NCBI GenBank assembly: GCA_025201805.1
Contig: MU619351.1
Coordinates: forward strand, 41,606-105,605
Source: Parasitella parasitica NRRL 2501
Lineage: Eukaryota > Fungi > Mucoromycota
DNA length: 64,000 nucleotides
Direction: 5' to 3'
Shown here: in pieces, positions 53,856 to 64,000 of the stretch
Layout: each line of letters starts with the position of its first letter
Numbering within the stretch: position 1 is the first letter of the stretch
Position numbers and translations under genes: made by a program
The notes under the pieces: model-generated
What the model was told of the DNA's origin: nothing
Database searches by the model: none
What the model saw: the letters and a program-made list of their open reading frames with translations, nothing else

Positions 53856-55725
53856 ATGCCACCTATCGTATTGAAAATAGAAGGGAACGAATCCTTTCTA
53901 TCTTTCTCGAATCTCGACCAAGACGAATTGTCAAAGACTTGGCGAGTATGCACCAAAGTTAAAGATTCACTTGAAAACGGCTCCAGGCTTGAGAATTTGT
54001 CATGGAGGCTATGGTTCATACAGAATGTTACAGTCGCAAATGACGCCAAAACAACCTCCAAACACCCAAAGACGACAGAAAAGATGGAATTGCAGAAGGA
54101 AATTGAATCAACAAAGCAATTGGAGCCGCGAAAACAGCAACCACTGCCAGTGAATGAAATAGAACTACAACCAGCAATACTGCCACAACCACCACAGTCA
54201 GTTTTGGACTATAGCCTCGATGAAATCAAGCCTGTAGCGACAGAGAATTTCATACTAAATCAGTTTACCTCTGATCAAGAAGGTGATTTAATGGTTGAAT
54301 TGAAGGACATTTTCCCTCTTGGAATGCAGGATTTCATGCACAACACGCCAGAGGGAGTCAACGCCGAGAAACAGCCTTGGATAACAAGCGAAGGTAGCAT
54401 GAACAACTATCCAGTATCATGTACCACGGCATCGACAACTCCTGCGGTGTCACAATCATTCAGCAGCAGCAGCAACAATGTTGATTCAGACTTAATCATG
54501 GGCCCCATTTCTGGGATTTACTCCTTGTATGCAGACCCTCTTGAGGTCCCATCATTATCCATATCTTCCAATATCAATGCTGCCACACCAAGCTACGAAC
54601 AGCCGGAATTCCATCAAGACCAGCACGAATTAATAGCAGAGTTGAATAAAGCCGCCGCCACAGCAGCTGCTGCATTAACAACGCTACCAAATGCGACACT
54701 CCACAATAAATTATTGGCTACCTTACCACCACAGACTCTAGCCTCTGCAGAAAAATTACTCTCTCCTGCAAAAAACCGTCCTGTAGTGCAACCGATATCA
54801 CAAGAACAAAAACAGCAACAAAGAGCACACACATCATTACCATTAAGTGTTATACCAAACAACAACAGCCAGCAGCATTATTACAACACATTTCAGCTAA
54901 ATCCCTACAAAAATTCTTTATCATCTACCACCAAGAGGAGATATCACAGCTCAACAGCGACATCACCTTCTTTAACCACATTAGATGAAATCCCACCAGC
55001 GTGTAGTAATTGCGATGCCACCTCTACGCCGCTTTGGAGGCGATCTGCCGATGATGAAATTCTTTGCAATGCTTGCGGACTATAGTAGGTTTTTCTCTCG
55101 TAAAAAGTTTGGTCGATCTATCCAATATGCTGAATAATTCTTTGTATGTCTATAGCCTCAAACTCCACAATACATCGAGACCAAAGCATTTGAATCCAAC
55201 TGCAACAGGAAGAAAGCAGACAGAGGCCAATGATTCAACGCAAAACAGCAATACACAGCAACGGGAAGATAAATACCAACAGCAATTCACAGAACCACAT
55301 ACTGCATGTTCAAATTGCGGAACCATTAAAACACCATTATGGCGACGAGATACAGAGGGAGCACCATTATGTAATGCTTGTGGACTATAGTAAGTGTGTG
55401 TGTTTTTTTTTATTGACAAAAAAAATTATCTTGTATCAATCAATTAACATTTACAAGCTTGAAACTTCACAACGAAAAGCGTCCGCTTTCTATGAAAACA
55501 GATGTGATCAAGAAGAGACAAAGAACGGAGGCTCTCATTGCGTCGACAATTTCTGATGATCCGTCCAAAAAGCCTCGCTATTATGACCAACAATCACTTT
55601 ATTCATCAGAGCTCGGGTCTACATTGGGCTATAGAAATGCTTCTTCATCCCTACCAGGTACTGGCATTCTAATGATGACAACTATCAATACTAGCAGTAG
55701 CACTAGTAGTCAAAAATCACCTTAA
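53856..55725 (+). CDS. GATA transcription factor with N-terminal DUF1752 and two GATA fingers (AreA/Gaf1-like)
   Basis: [27 protein letters not shown]; [21 protein letters not shown] and [40 protein letters not shown]. Confidence 0.92.
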
Positions 55726-55787
55726 TAGCCACATGGATAAAATATAAAGAATTATCGCTTACCAATGCCTGAATTTCTGTCAGCGTG

Positions 55788-55854
<67 letters not shown>

Positions 55855-56803
55855 CATGATTTTGACTTGTCATGAATAAAATTCTTCGACGTAGTAAAAG
55901 CAGTTTGTATATGAGTACGTTTCTTTTCAAGATAATAATAATTTGTCATCTCAAGTAATGGGTTCTGTTATTTTAAAATTGTAAATTTTACTTACGCCAC
56001 CATTCGTGGGATTTGCAAATCTCGAAATTCTTTTGCAGACTGTATCTGGGAGATTTCTCAGGGTTATTTGAGTACAAAGATGGTACGTTATGATAGAATT
56101 GAATAGCTTTCAGTTTTGGAATTTTGATATAGGAATTGTATGCCAAATCGTAACAGTTAGTCTTTTGCAAGTGGGTGTCTGAATACACCAAAAGATCCGT
56201 TGTAGAAACAATGATTTGAAGACAAATTGCTTTTTCGGTTGAAAAAAAAATACGTTTTGTTCTGTAGCTATTGTAGATGTGATATAAAAGTCATAGCATT
56301 TTGGGTTCTACACCCACGTCTCTCTTGTCTATTACTTCAATATTATAAGTTTTAAGACCAATTTAAACACTTTACATGGAGCCAGGAGAGATTTGGATGT
56401 TAATAGATAGTACCTTTCTTTTTGCTATTAACCAAGTTTTCTGGAAAATATCATTTTTCGGATTACAGTGTTAAGCCATTAAGGATTACATCGCCTTTGA
56501 TAGTATTGTAACCTTTAAAGTCTCACCATGCATGTAGGTTAGTAAAAAAATATGATCCATAATTATTTGAGTCCGCACTATACACCTTTTGCCAAAACGA
56601 TGTCGCATTTTTCTGGGAAAAAGTGTCGTGTATAAAATATCAATCTTTTTTTCAATCCATACAGTCAGTAAAATACAGTATTTCAGGTTTTTTTTTGGCG
56701 AAAACATTTTTTTTCTGGACGATTTCCTATTTTTTTTAGGCACTTTGGTTTTTATTTTGGACAAAAATTTGGATAACTCAAAATGTTCTTGGTACCTCTT
56801 TTG

Positions 56804-57313
56804 GGGTGTAGGCAATTTTGTAGGGCATTTTTGCATGACTTGTTACCTTTTACCCTTGATGCCGATCAAAATTTAGTAGGACATTTTTATTAGTAGGACA
56901 TTTTTTTTTATTAGCAAGACTTTTTTTTCTATGTAAATTTATTTGCAGATGTTGATAAAGTATTAATTAATGTATTGGTTTGAAGTGTTATAGACCAGTC
57001 TTGCGGGTTCGGCGCATGATATATCGAACATGCTTGAGATCTAGGGACGTTGTCTTTTTAGTGGCTTTGCCTTCGAAATAGTCTTCTGCGATGATTCTGC
57101 TAATATCTCTGGTATAACCACAAGCGTCTTGAAAAGAAACAGGAAATCTGTTTTGAAAATATTGTCTGAATGGCATAGCTTTTTATAGGATCAAGTCAAA
57201 AGAAAAAGGCACTGATGTGGAAGGGAAGAATCAACGTCAGGCACAATTTTATTTAATGGCTTGGTTCCAAAAAAATGTCCTGAAAGAAATGTCCTACAGA
57301 ATTACCTACACCC
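56804..57313. mobile_element. Nested ~510-bp MITE (Mutator-like GGG termini)
   Basis: 27-bp TIRs GGGTGTAGGYAATTYTGTAGGRCATTT (3 mismatches) at 56804-56830 and 57287-57313; internal GTAGGACATTTTT repeats; no TSD evident. Confidence 0.65.
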
Positions 57314-57509
57314 TTCCTAAAAGGCCCTCTCAGAGAGGAGTGTTTTACTAGCTTGTGGCGTCATTGTTCGTTCCTGGAAGCACATATTAGCCATTGATCA
57401 TGCACGGCTTTTAAATGATTGTTTCTTACCCTACTTTGGAGCCGGATGATCTTTATGTGATTGCATTAAATGTAAATTACACAATGAAGTATTACTCTGC
57501 GTAATAAAA

Positions 57510-57751
57510 TAAAATAAACAAGAGCTTGTCAGTTGTCTTTGATAGCACTGCCTCAATCAGCCCATGCCAACAACCATGAACGCTGTCTCAATCAACCCAC
57601 GTTCCAAGCAAAAGTTCAGAAGGAAAAAAACATAGTAAAATAAACAAGAGCTTGTTGGTTGTCTATGATAGCACTGCCTCAATCAGCCCATGCCAACAAC
57701 CATGAACGCTGTCTCAATCAACCCACGTTCCAAGCAAAAGTCTAGAAGGAA
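57510..57751 (+). repeat. Tandem duplication, 126-bp period, two copies
   Basis: GATAGCACTGCCTCAATCAGCCCATGCC... at 57541 and 57667. Confidence 0.92.
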
Positions 57752-57954
57752 TAAAGAGGTAACTGTTGACAGTGCAAAACCATTCCTTCATAAAAAAAAA
57801 AGAAAAAACTTGATTGGATAGAAAAATGACGTCTCGAAAATGATTGCGTGTCCGCGTCACGTCGACAAAAAAATTGTGGTTGGTGAAGTGCCTTGGAACA
57901 GAGTTTTTGGCAACGCTGCTATTTTTTTTTTATTTAGACTCTTCCGCAGCAAAA

Positions 57955-59525
57955 ATGCTCGACAACTTTACTTTGAATTTAGAGGAGGACAAGAAAAGAA
58001 TTTGTGAGATTGTTGTTGATTACTTGGAGAAGCATACTATTTCTGATTGGAAATACGAAGCTGCTTTGAAAACTCTTGTTGACAAACAACTTGTAGTTGA
58101 GCCCACGAATAACAACATGGAAAAATTAGGCGAAATATATTTAAAAGAAGCTCTAAACAAATACCAGGATCGAAACACCAATTGTAGTCTGAAGAGAAAG
58201 AAAAAATTGAATCATTGCAGCAGTCCATTTATAAAATCTGTACCTCTACGCCAATTAAGAAGTTGTTGAACGTGGCTAGACATACAAGCCAGTTTTTGGA
58301 TGAAGCTGTTACAAATAGAGCCCAAAAAGACCAACAAGACCAACAAGACCAACAAGCCAGCCAAGCCGCACCCATTAACAACTTTGAAAATATGACTCCT
58401 GCTGAAAGAATGGTGTTTTTATGCGACAAATTTGGTGTAGATGGATATTTGGACTTGATGGAGGACAAGATTGCAGGCCGGTTCAAACAATACCTTAAAG
58501 ACACCGCTAATGAATTACAATTGAGCTTACAACCTATGACAACAAAAAAAGAAAGAGAAATGTTGATGAAGATAGCTGAATGCAAAAGTCGAATGGATAT
58601 TGACAATTTGTTGGCGATTTTTTATGCTCAGCAAAGTATGGATCCTATGTGCCGATACATTAGATTAGCCTTTGCCACAGCAGCAGAACTCTGGTCTTCA
58701 CGTCTTTTATTGAAAATAGATCACAACGAATCTTGGTTCCGTACTCATGTTTACTCGGCTGTTTTCGACAATGCATTTATGTACGATGATAAGTTCACTT
58801 CAAAAAGAGCAGACTGCTACTCCAATATCACCAAAGAATTTGAAGATGTTGACAATCAACGTGTAGATTTTATTTTAAGAAATATCAATGACGATAATGA
58901 CTATCTCTCGGCAGAAGAAAAACCTAGCTTAAAAGGTGTGAAAGGTGATATGATAAAAGGCAAAGCGTTACAGAAAGCTATGTTAAGGAAATGGACTGGC
59001 CGTCTTGGAAGTGTAGAAATTATGAAACGACTTGAAGCTATCACATGTCAATGGCAAGGATTGAAACTCACAGTATATGGTACACGATTCATTTCAAAAG
59101 ATCACTTAATCACATACAGAAAAGGCAGCTTTGCAATGCCCAAAGAGGAAACCCACGCAGCATCATTTGCTCATGTATTGGCGGCCGTCTTATCTTTGAG
59201 GCGATTGGTGCACTCAAACTATACCAAGCTTAATATAATTTTGGAAGCCAAATATGCTCATGAACTTGAAACAATGTATTTTTCCTCGGACGATGAAACG
59301 AACTTTCGGTCAGACAGTACTGCAGGCTTAGAACACCAGGAAAAAATACAGACTATTGATGCACAGACTAGCAGTTGCCAAATTATTGATGCTGAATTGG
59401 AAACACACATAATACAAGCTTTATGCGACATTGAACCTGAAGCAGATATAGTAACTTTCGAAGACTGGGAGGAGTTTATTATGGAGAGAACATCAAAAAA
59501 GAGAAAGGCAACATCATCCAATTAA
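57955..59525 (+). CDS. Putative PD-(D/E)XK restriction-endonuclease-fold protein (Crinkler/CR-REase-like), split over two frames near 58190 (intron or frameshift)
   Basis: HNESWFRTHVYSAVFD..QRVDFILR..DYLSAEEK = E...D...ExK arrangement; acidic tail and C-terminal SKKRK NLS-like motif. Confidence 0.55.
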
Positions 59526-59802
59526 ATAAAGTGTTGAAAAAAAAGCAAACTTTTATTTTATTAATGCGACATCTTTTTTCTCACTCTTTTCTTAATTTAT
59601 ACGACATTATTTTTTTACAAACTGCGTGCGACAGCTTAAATTTTTTGAGTGCGACATCGTTTTGGCAAAAGGTGTATAAACGTTGATTATGATTAGAAAT
59701 CAAATTAAAAGCTTGAGTAAAAAATCTGGAGAAACATTCTGCCTTATAGAAATATTTAAGCATTTGCGAGAGAAGTGATCTTTTCTACTCCTTTATTCCT
59801 AA

Positions 59803-60935
59803 ATGTCTCTTACTCACTGCACACAAAAAATATCTCCTTTTGATATCGCATCAAACACCTTATTCTTGGGGAAATCTAACAGAGACACTTTTATCTTCAC
59901 CGGTGTTGCTAGTAACGTAAGTTCCAAATGGCTTGCTCAAAGAAAGACTTCTTGATTAACAAGTAACACTCTAAAAGAAATGGTCTATTGGTGATGTGCC
60001 TAATGTAACTTCAAACATGGCATGTATTGAAATGTGTGTATATGTTTAATTATATTGTTATATAGGGTGGCTATGTCATGGCAATCATCATTGACAGTGT
60101 TATCAAACACTTTGCTGAAAAGCACCAAACTGATCCTGTTGCTCTGAACTGCTTCTTTTTCAACAAAACTATCCCAGGAAATTTGATTATAGAAATTGAT
60201 GAGCTAAAGATGAGCAAGAAAGGATATTGTTTAGTTCGTGCCATTTTAAAACAAAGAAAGGATTTACAACCATTAACCAGCTTAGACAGCTATGATCCAT
60301 CTCAATGGCAAGACAAGGTACAAGGCATTTTCACCATGGGAAATATGGACAATGAACAGGGGCCTACGCATTTTTACAAGAATCCTTCACCACCATCTGA
60401 CCAGCATTTAGAACCCTACAACTATGTCTTTATGGGCGAATTTTTGGAAACAACATTTGACATGCGAAGTTTTCCCAAGTCAGATACAGAGGCAGGAAAA
60501 CCAGAGGTCACGCAAACAATGGGGTTCAAGGACGGAAGACCTATTGATTTCAAAAGTATTCCTTACTGGTGTGATATGTTCCTCACTCCAGCTACATTGC
60601 TCGGTCCTGCCATCTTGGATGGTCCTGTTTGGTGTCCTACGATGCAGCTTGAGGTGCAATTCAAGAGAAAACCCAGTGGAAAAAGAATCAGAGGTCATTA
60701 TGTTGCTCCTCACATCATCAATGGTAGATTTGACATTTCTGGAGAGGTTTGGGATGAAAAAGGAGAGATTTTGGCAATTACAAGGTATTATACGTTTCAA
60801 TAACTCCAACACAGCTACTAAAAATCATTTTTATACAGACATCAATGTTTAGTGGTTCCCTGGAGTCGCAACTCGAAAGACGAGACCAAGGCCAAGGAAC
60901 GAATAGAGATTATGATGCAAAAATCAAAGATTTAA
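59803..60935 (+). CDS. Thioesterase-like (double hot-dog fold) protein, 4 exons
   Basis: WSIGDVPN|GGYVMA, DGRPID, WCPTMQLEVQF, GRFDISGEVWDEKGEILAITRH. Confidence 0.88.
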
Positions 60936-61864
60936 ACCATTAGACAGTTAATAAATTCACTATTTATTGTATTACAAAACATTTTATTGTTTGTTCAAAT
61001 GTGGTAAGAGCTTGAGATGTCTGCAGTATTTTCTGCTTGACGTGTCAAAGTCCCAACCGGGAATCAAATACAAGTAAACTCAATCCATAACACAATCCTG
61101 TACCAAATCTCGCTAGATCATGTTCCATGTTTGAAGTTTGTTTAGAAAAATACGAAGACTGAGCGGTGTGATTAGAGCATTATATCTGAAAACTGTCTTG
61201 GAGAAACCCATGTATGTCAATGTAATGGTGCTGGGTTGGTGTTGTGCCTGAGATCCAACTCGGGTATTCTCGCAATAATGCAAAAGGATTATACCGTTTT
61301 TACGCTCATATGGGGATTCTCTATACCAAGCATATCATACTCTTTCTCAAGACCACTACCTCTCTTTCTTCCTGGTAACAAATGGTTAAGATTACTCATA
61401 CTAGTATTACATAGCAAGTAGTTGGTTTTATCTGTTGCAGACTTATCAATCTTTGATCCCACAATCATGAACCCGATGTCCCCGCACTCAAACGTATAAA
61501 TAGTCTGGGCAAATGTTGTGTAGACAAAATCATCTTATTTCATTTATACGAATAAATATATTTACTTTTGATTGTATATCTATTTTGTATAATAAAACAA
61601 AGTTAAGTTTACCAGAGAAGAAGGTTTTTTATTCAGATTTCATCATTGACAACGATATGTAACACAATGCCAGATCATCTTTTACTGCTCAATGTGTAGC
61701 CATAAATTTATACAACTATTATTTCAAAAGTCAAATCGAAATAAATCTGCCAATTTATTAAGGATATATCCTACAGATGATGTATTCAAAAAAAAATTCA
61801 TTATGGATTAGCGTAATGTATGCCATATCAAAGGTGTTGGATACGAAAAAAATGAAATTGGAGG

Positions 61865-63553
61865 TTAACGAGATACGAAAACTTAAAGATACTTTATTTA
61901 GGATCAAAATTGCATTTGCTATTTATACTTTTTACAACTACACAAATTTATGGTGACCTATTTAGATTACTAATTGACAAGACTAATTTCCAGTAACGAT
62001 CTACTTGGCAAGGTACAATGTAAGGCCATACAACAAGGGCTACCTGTCGTCTTTAATATGACACAGTACCTCAACCTTTATCCTGGTGCTCAGATCTGTA
62101 TTAATACAGGAATAACCTTCTTGATTTTTGAAACAGAGACTTTATTCTCCAGTTGACACAAGCATATCACATCACATCATTGGGCAATCTTCAATCTTTG
62201 ATTGGAGTACATTGCCATGATTTCCTATCTAAAATTATGGCAGATCATCTATTATACAGTAAAAAAAAACTTAGTTACAGTCGTACATTATGACGTTAGA
62301 ATATAATGTTGGTTTATATAAATACATTCAAAAGATAAAAGTGTTAATATTTGGCACATTTATTTTACTGACTTGTTTTGACAAATAACAGTTCGACAAG
62401 CATGAGCCAATTTTTTTCTTTTTACGTTAAACTTTGTTCACCTGTTTCTCAAAAAACTACTATGACACTTTGGCTTGAGTGATTATTAATTTTTTTTTTT
62501 TGAAATCTGATTCTCTACTAGATGCATTAGTATCAACTAGTATTTTAAATAAGCCACCAAAAATTTATGTAGTTGTAAAAAGTATAAATAGCAGATGCAA
62601 AGTTGAATCTTTAATAAAGTAATCTCAAGTTTTCGTATCTCGTTAATTCAACGTTTTATTTAATACTTTTTCTTATTTCGATCTTTCAGATCTCAACAAT
62701 GCCTCTCGAGTAAACAACGATTAAAACGTTACAAATCAAATCGGAGTTCAAAATGACAATTTAAACACCGACCGTATGGTAACTTTTTATTTTTCCAGCA
62801 ATACCAAAAAAACATGCAGTAAAAACAACAACTTTGGTCGACACTTATGTATCAATCACTCGTGATTTTTGTCAACCTTGCTGTTATATCAATAACATCC
62901 CATAGACCTTGTAGCAAGATCAGGGGCTAAAAGCCAATGTGCGTGGTAAATCAGGGATTTACACCGCATGCTCCATATATAAATCTTGGTTGCAGTTGTG
63001 TATGATGACGTTAGCACGTAATATTAGTGTTGAGATCTGCAAGATCGAAATAAGAAAAGTATAATATAAAACGTTGAATTAACGAGATACGAAAACTTGA
63101 GATTACTTTATTAAAGATTCAACTTTGCATCTGCTATTTATACTTTTTACAACAACATAAATTTTTGGTGACTTATTTAAAATACTAGTCGATAGTAATC
63201 GATAAGAATAATTTGCAAGCAACATCATATCCTTAACAGGGTACGATATATTATTATACTACAAGGTTATTGATCCTTGATCTGACAGTACCTTATTGTT
63301 TGTCAATCATACAGATCTGTGTTACAGATAACCTTCCTGATTTGAAACAAAGACTTTATTCTCCTGCTTCGACCAGTATAACAACACATCATTGGACAAT
63401 CTCCAATCTTTAATTGAAGTACACTATCATGATCGCCTAACCTACATTATGGCAGATCAATTAGTTTATATTATTACATCCAGAGGATGTATTTCAAATA
63501 AAAGTGTAACTCTTTGGCAGATTCATTTTACTGACTTATTTCTGACATAACAC
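61865..63553. repeat. Complex repeat: diverged direct copies (~61865-62390, ~63079-63553) plus near-perfect ~170-bp inverted copy (62527-62698 vs 63028-63198)
   Basis: Shared TTAACGAGATACGAAAACTT..TGCTATTTATACTTTTTACAAC..AGACTTTATTCTCC..ATTATGGCAGATCA; the inverted arms match almost base for base. Confidence 0.9.
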
Positions 63554-63643
63554 TTGCAATCTCTTTCTTGTCGGGTACGGCACTATATTTAAGCAATGTA
63601 TACAAACACTTTACATTTTCACAAAAGAAGCAAGTGTACTATT

Positions 63644-63770
63644 GTCGGTCTCAAATATACCACGCTGGCCGGTCTCAATATATTGGTCGGTCATATCTTC
63701 AGCGACAAAGTACCGCTGGGTATATTCGTCGGTCTCATCTCTGCCCACTCGGTATAACTCTCGGTCTTAT
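63644..63770 (+). repeat. Cluster of TCGGTCTCA-like short repeats
   Basis: About six copies within 130 bp. Confidence 0.6.
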
Positions 63771-64000
63771 CGTACCGAGGAAAATATTTAAACACCGAAA
63801 CACGTAAACTTTTTATGGCTGGAAATATAATACACTTTAATTGTTGTATAGCACTGTATGATATATGTGGACGAAAAAAATAAAATTTTCTCCTACCCAG
63901 ATTGCAATTAGCAGAGTATTCTTATGTTTGTTTTTCGCTGTTGTGTTATATTTTATACAGATAAATGGGGTAAAGCCTATTCGGTAGTGACCTAGTAGTC

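Larger units (their letters stand above)
56583..59674. mobile_element. 3.09-kb TIR DNA element (CAC termini; TA or TATA target duplication) without DDE transposase, carrying a nuclease-like cargo gene
   Basis: Perfect 25-bp TIRs CACCTTTTGCCAAAACGATGTCGCA at 56583-56607 and 59650-59674; TATA on both flanks; subterminal TGTCG/CGACA repeats. Confidence 0.88.

Noticed and set aside
55790-55855. Poly(T) tract as a retroposon tail
   Set aside because: No TSD or element body is identifiable; likely a homopolymer or assembly feature.
57510-57751. CRISPR-like array
   Set aside because: Only two long tandem units with no repeat-spacer structure, in a eukaryotic context.
58215-59525. Fanzor/TnpB or DDE transposase as the TIR element's gene
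   Set aside because: No RuvC I/II/III motifs, CxxC zinc ribbon or DDE signature seen; an REase-like pattern fits better.
61000-61560. Possible gene or TE remnant
   Set aside because: Slightly coding-like, but no motif or coherent spliced frame was found.
63159-63240. Sm site AATTTTTGG and U12 branch-like TCCTTAAC suggesting an snRNA or minor intron
   Set aside because: Neither is conserved in the diverged direct copy and no snRNA core sequence is recognisable.

Overview
AT-rich, intron-containing eukaryotic DNA with short (~50-70 nt) GT-AG introns. Gene content and intron style point to an early-diverging fungus, most likely Mucorales (inference; the species cannot be assigned). About 28 protein-coding genes were reconstructed by manual splicing, mostly housekeeping: M13 peptidase (partial), FMN reductase, TBCB, complex I 9.5-kDa subunit, homeobox TF, DUF4451/Rua1-type protein, WWE protein, TFB3/MAT1, SEC65/SRP19, EMP24, HAL-family kinase, FMP46, ACO1, DSN1-like, RPL1, MGM1, Pho4-like bHLH, CK2 beta, RNPS1, SAP+TKL kinase, Whi3/Scw1-like, CHY-finger protein, FYV10/MAEA, a two-finger GATA factor and a thioesterase. 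Decayed LINE, Tc1/mariner and LTR-integrase remnants are interspersed. The most notable feature is a 3.09-kb element (56583-59674) with perfect 25-bp terminal inverted repeats flanked by TATA on both sides. It has no recognisable DDE transposase and instead carries a gene for a putative PD-(D/E)XK restriction-endonuclease-fold (Crinkler-like) protein, a nested MITE and a 126-bp tandem duplication. Other notable items: an intron splitting the RNPS1 start codon (unspliced reads AUG-UGA), RIP-like C-to-T decay of repeats, an unannotated two-exon 58-aa microprotein, and a ~170-bp near-perfect inverted repeat with inward-facing TATA+intron modules. No rRNA, tRNA or CRISPR was recognised. Family assignments come from motif recognition, not database searches.
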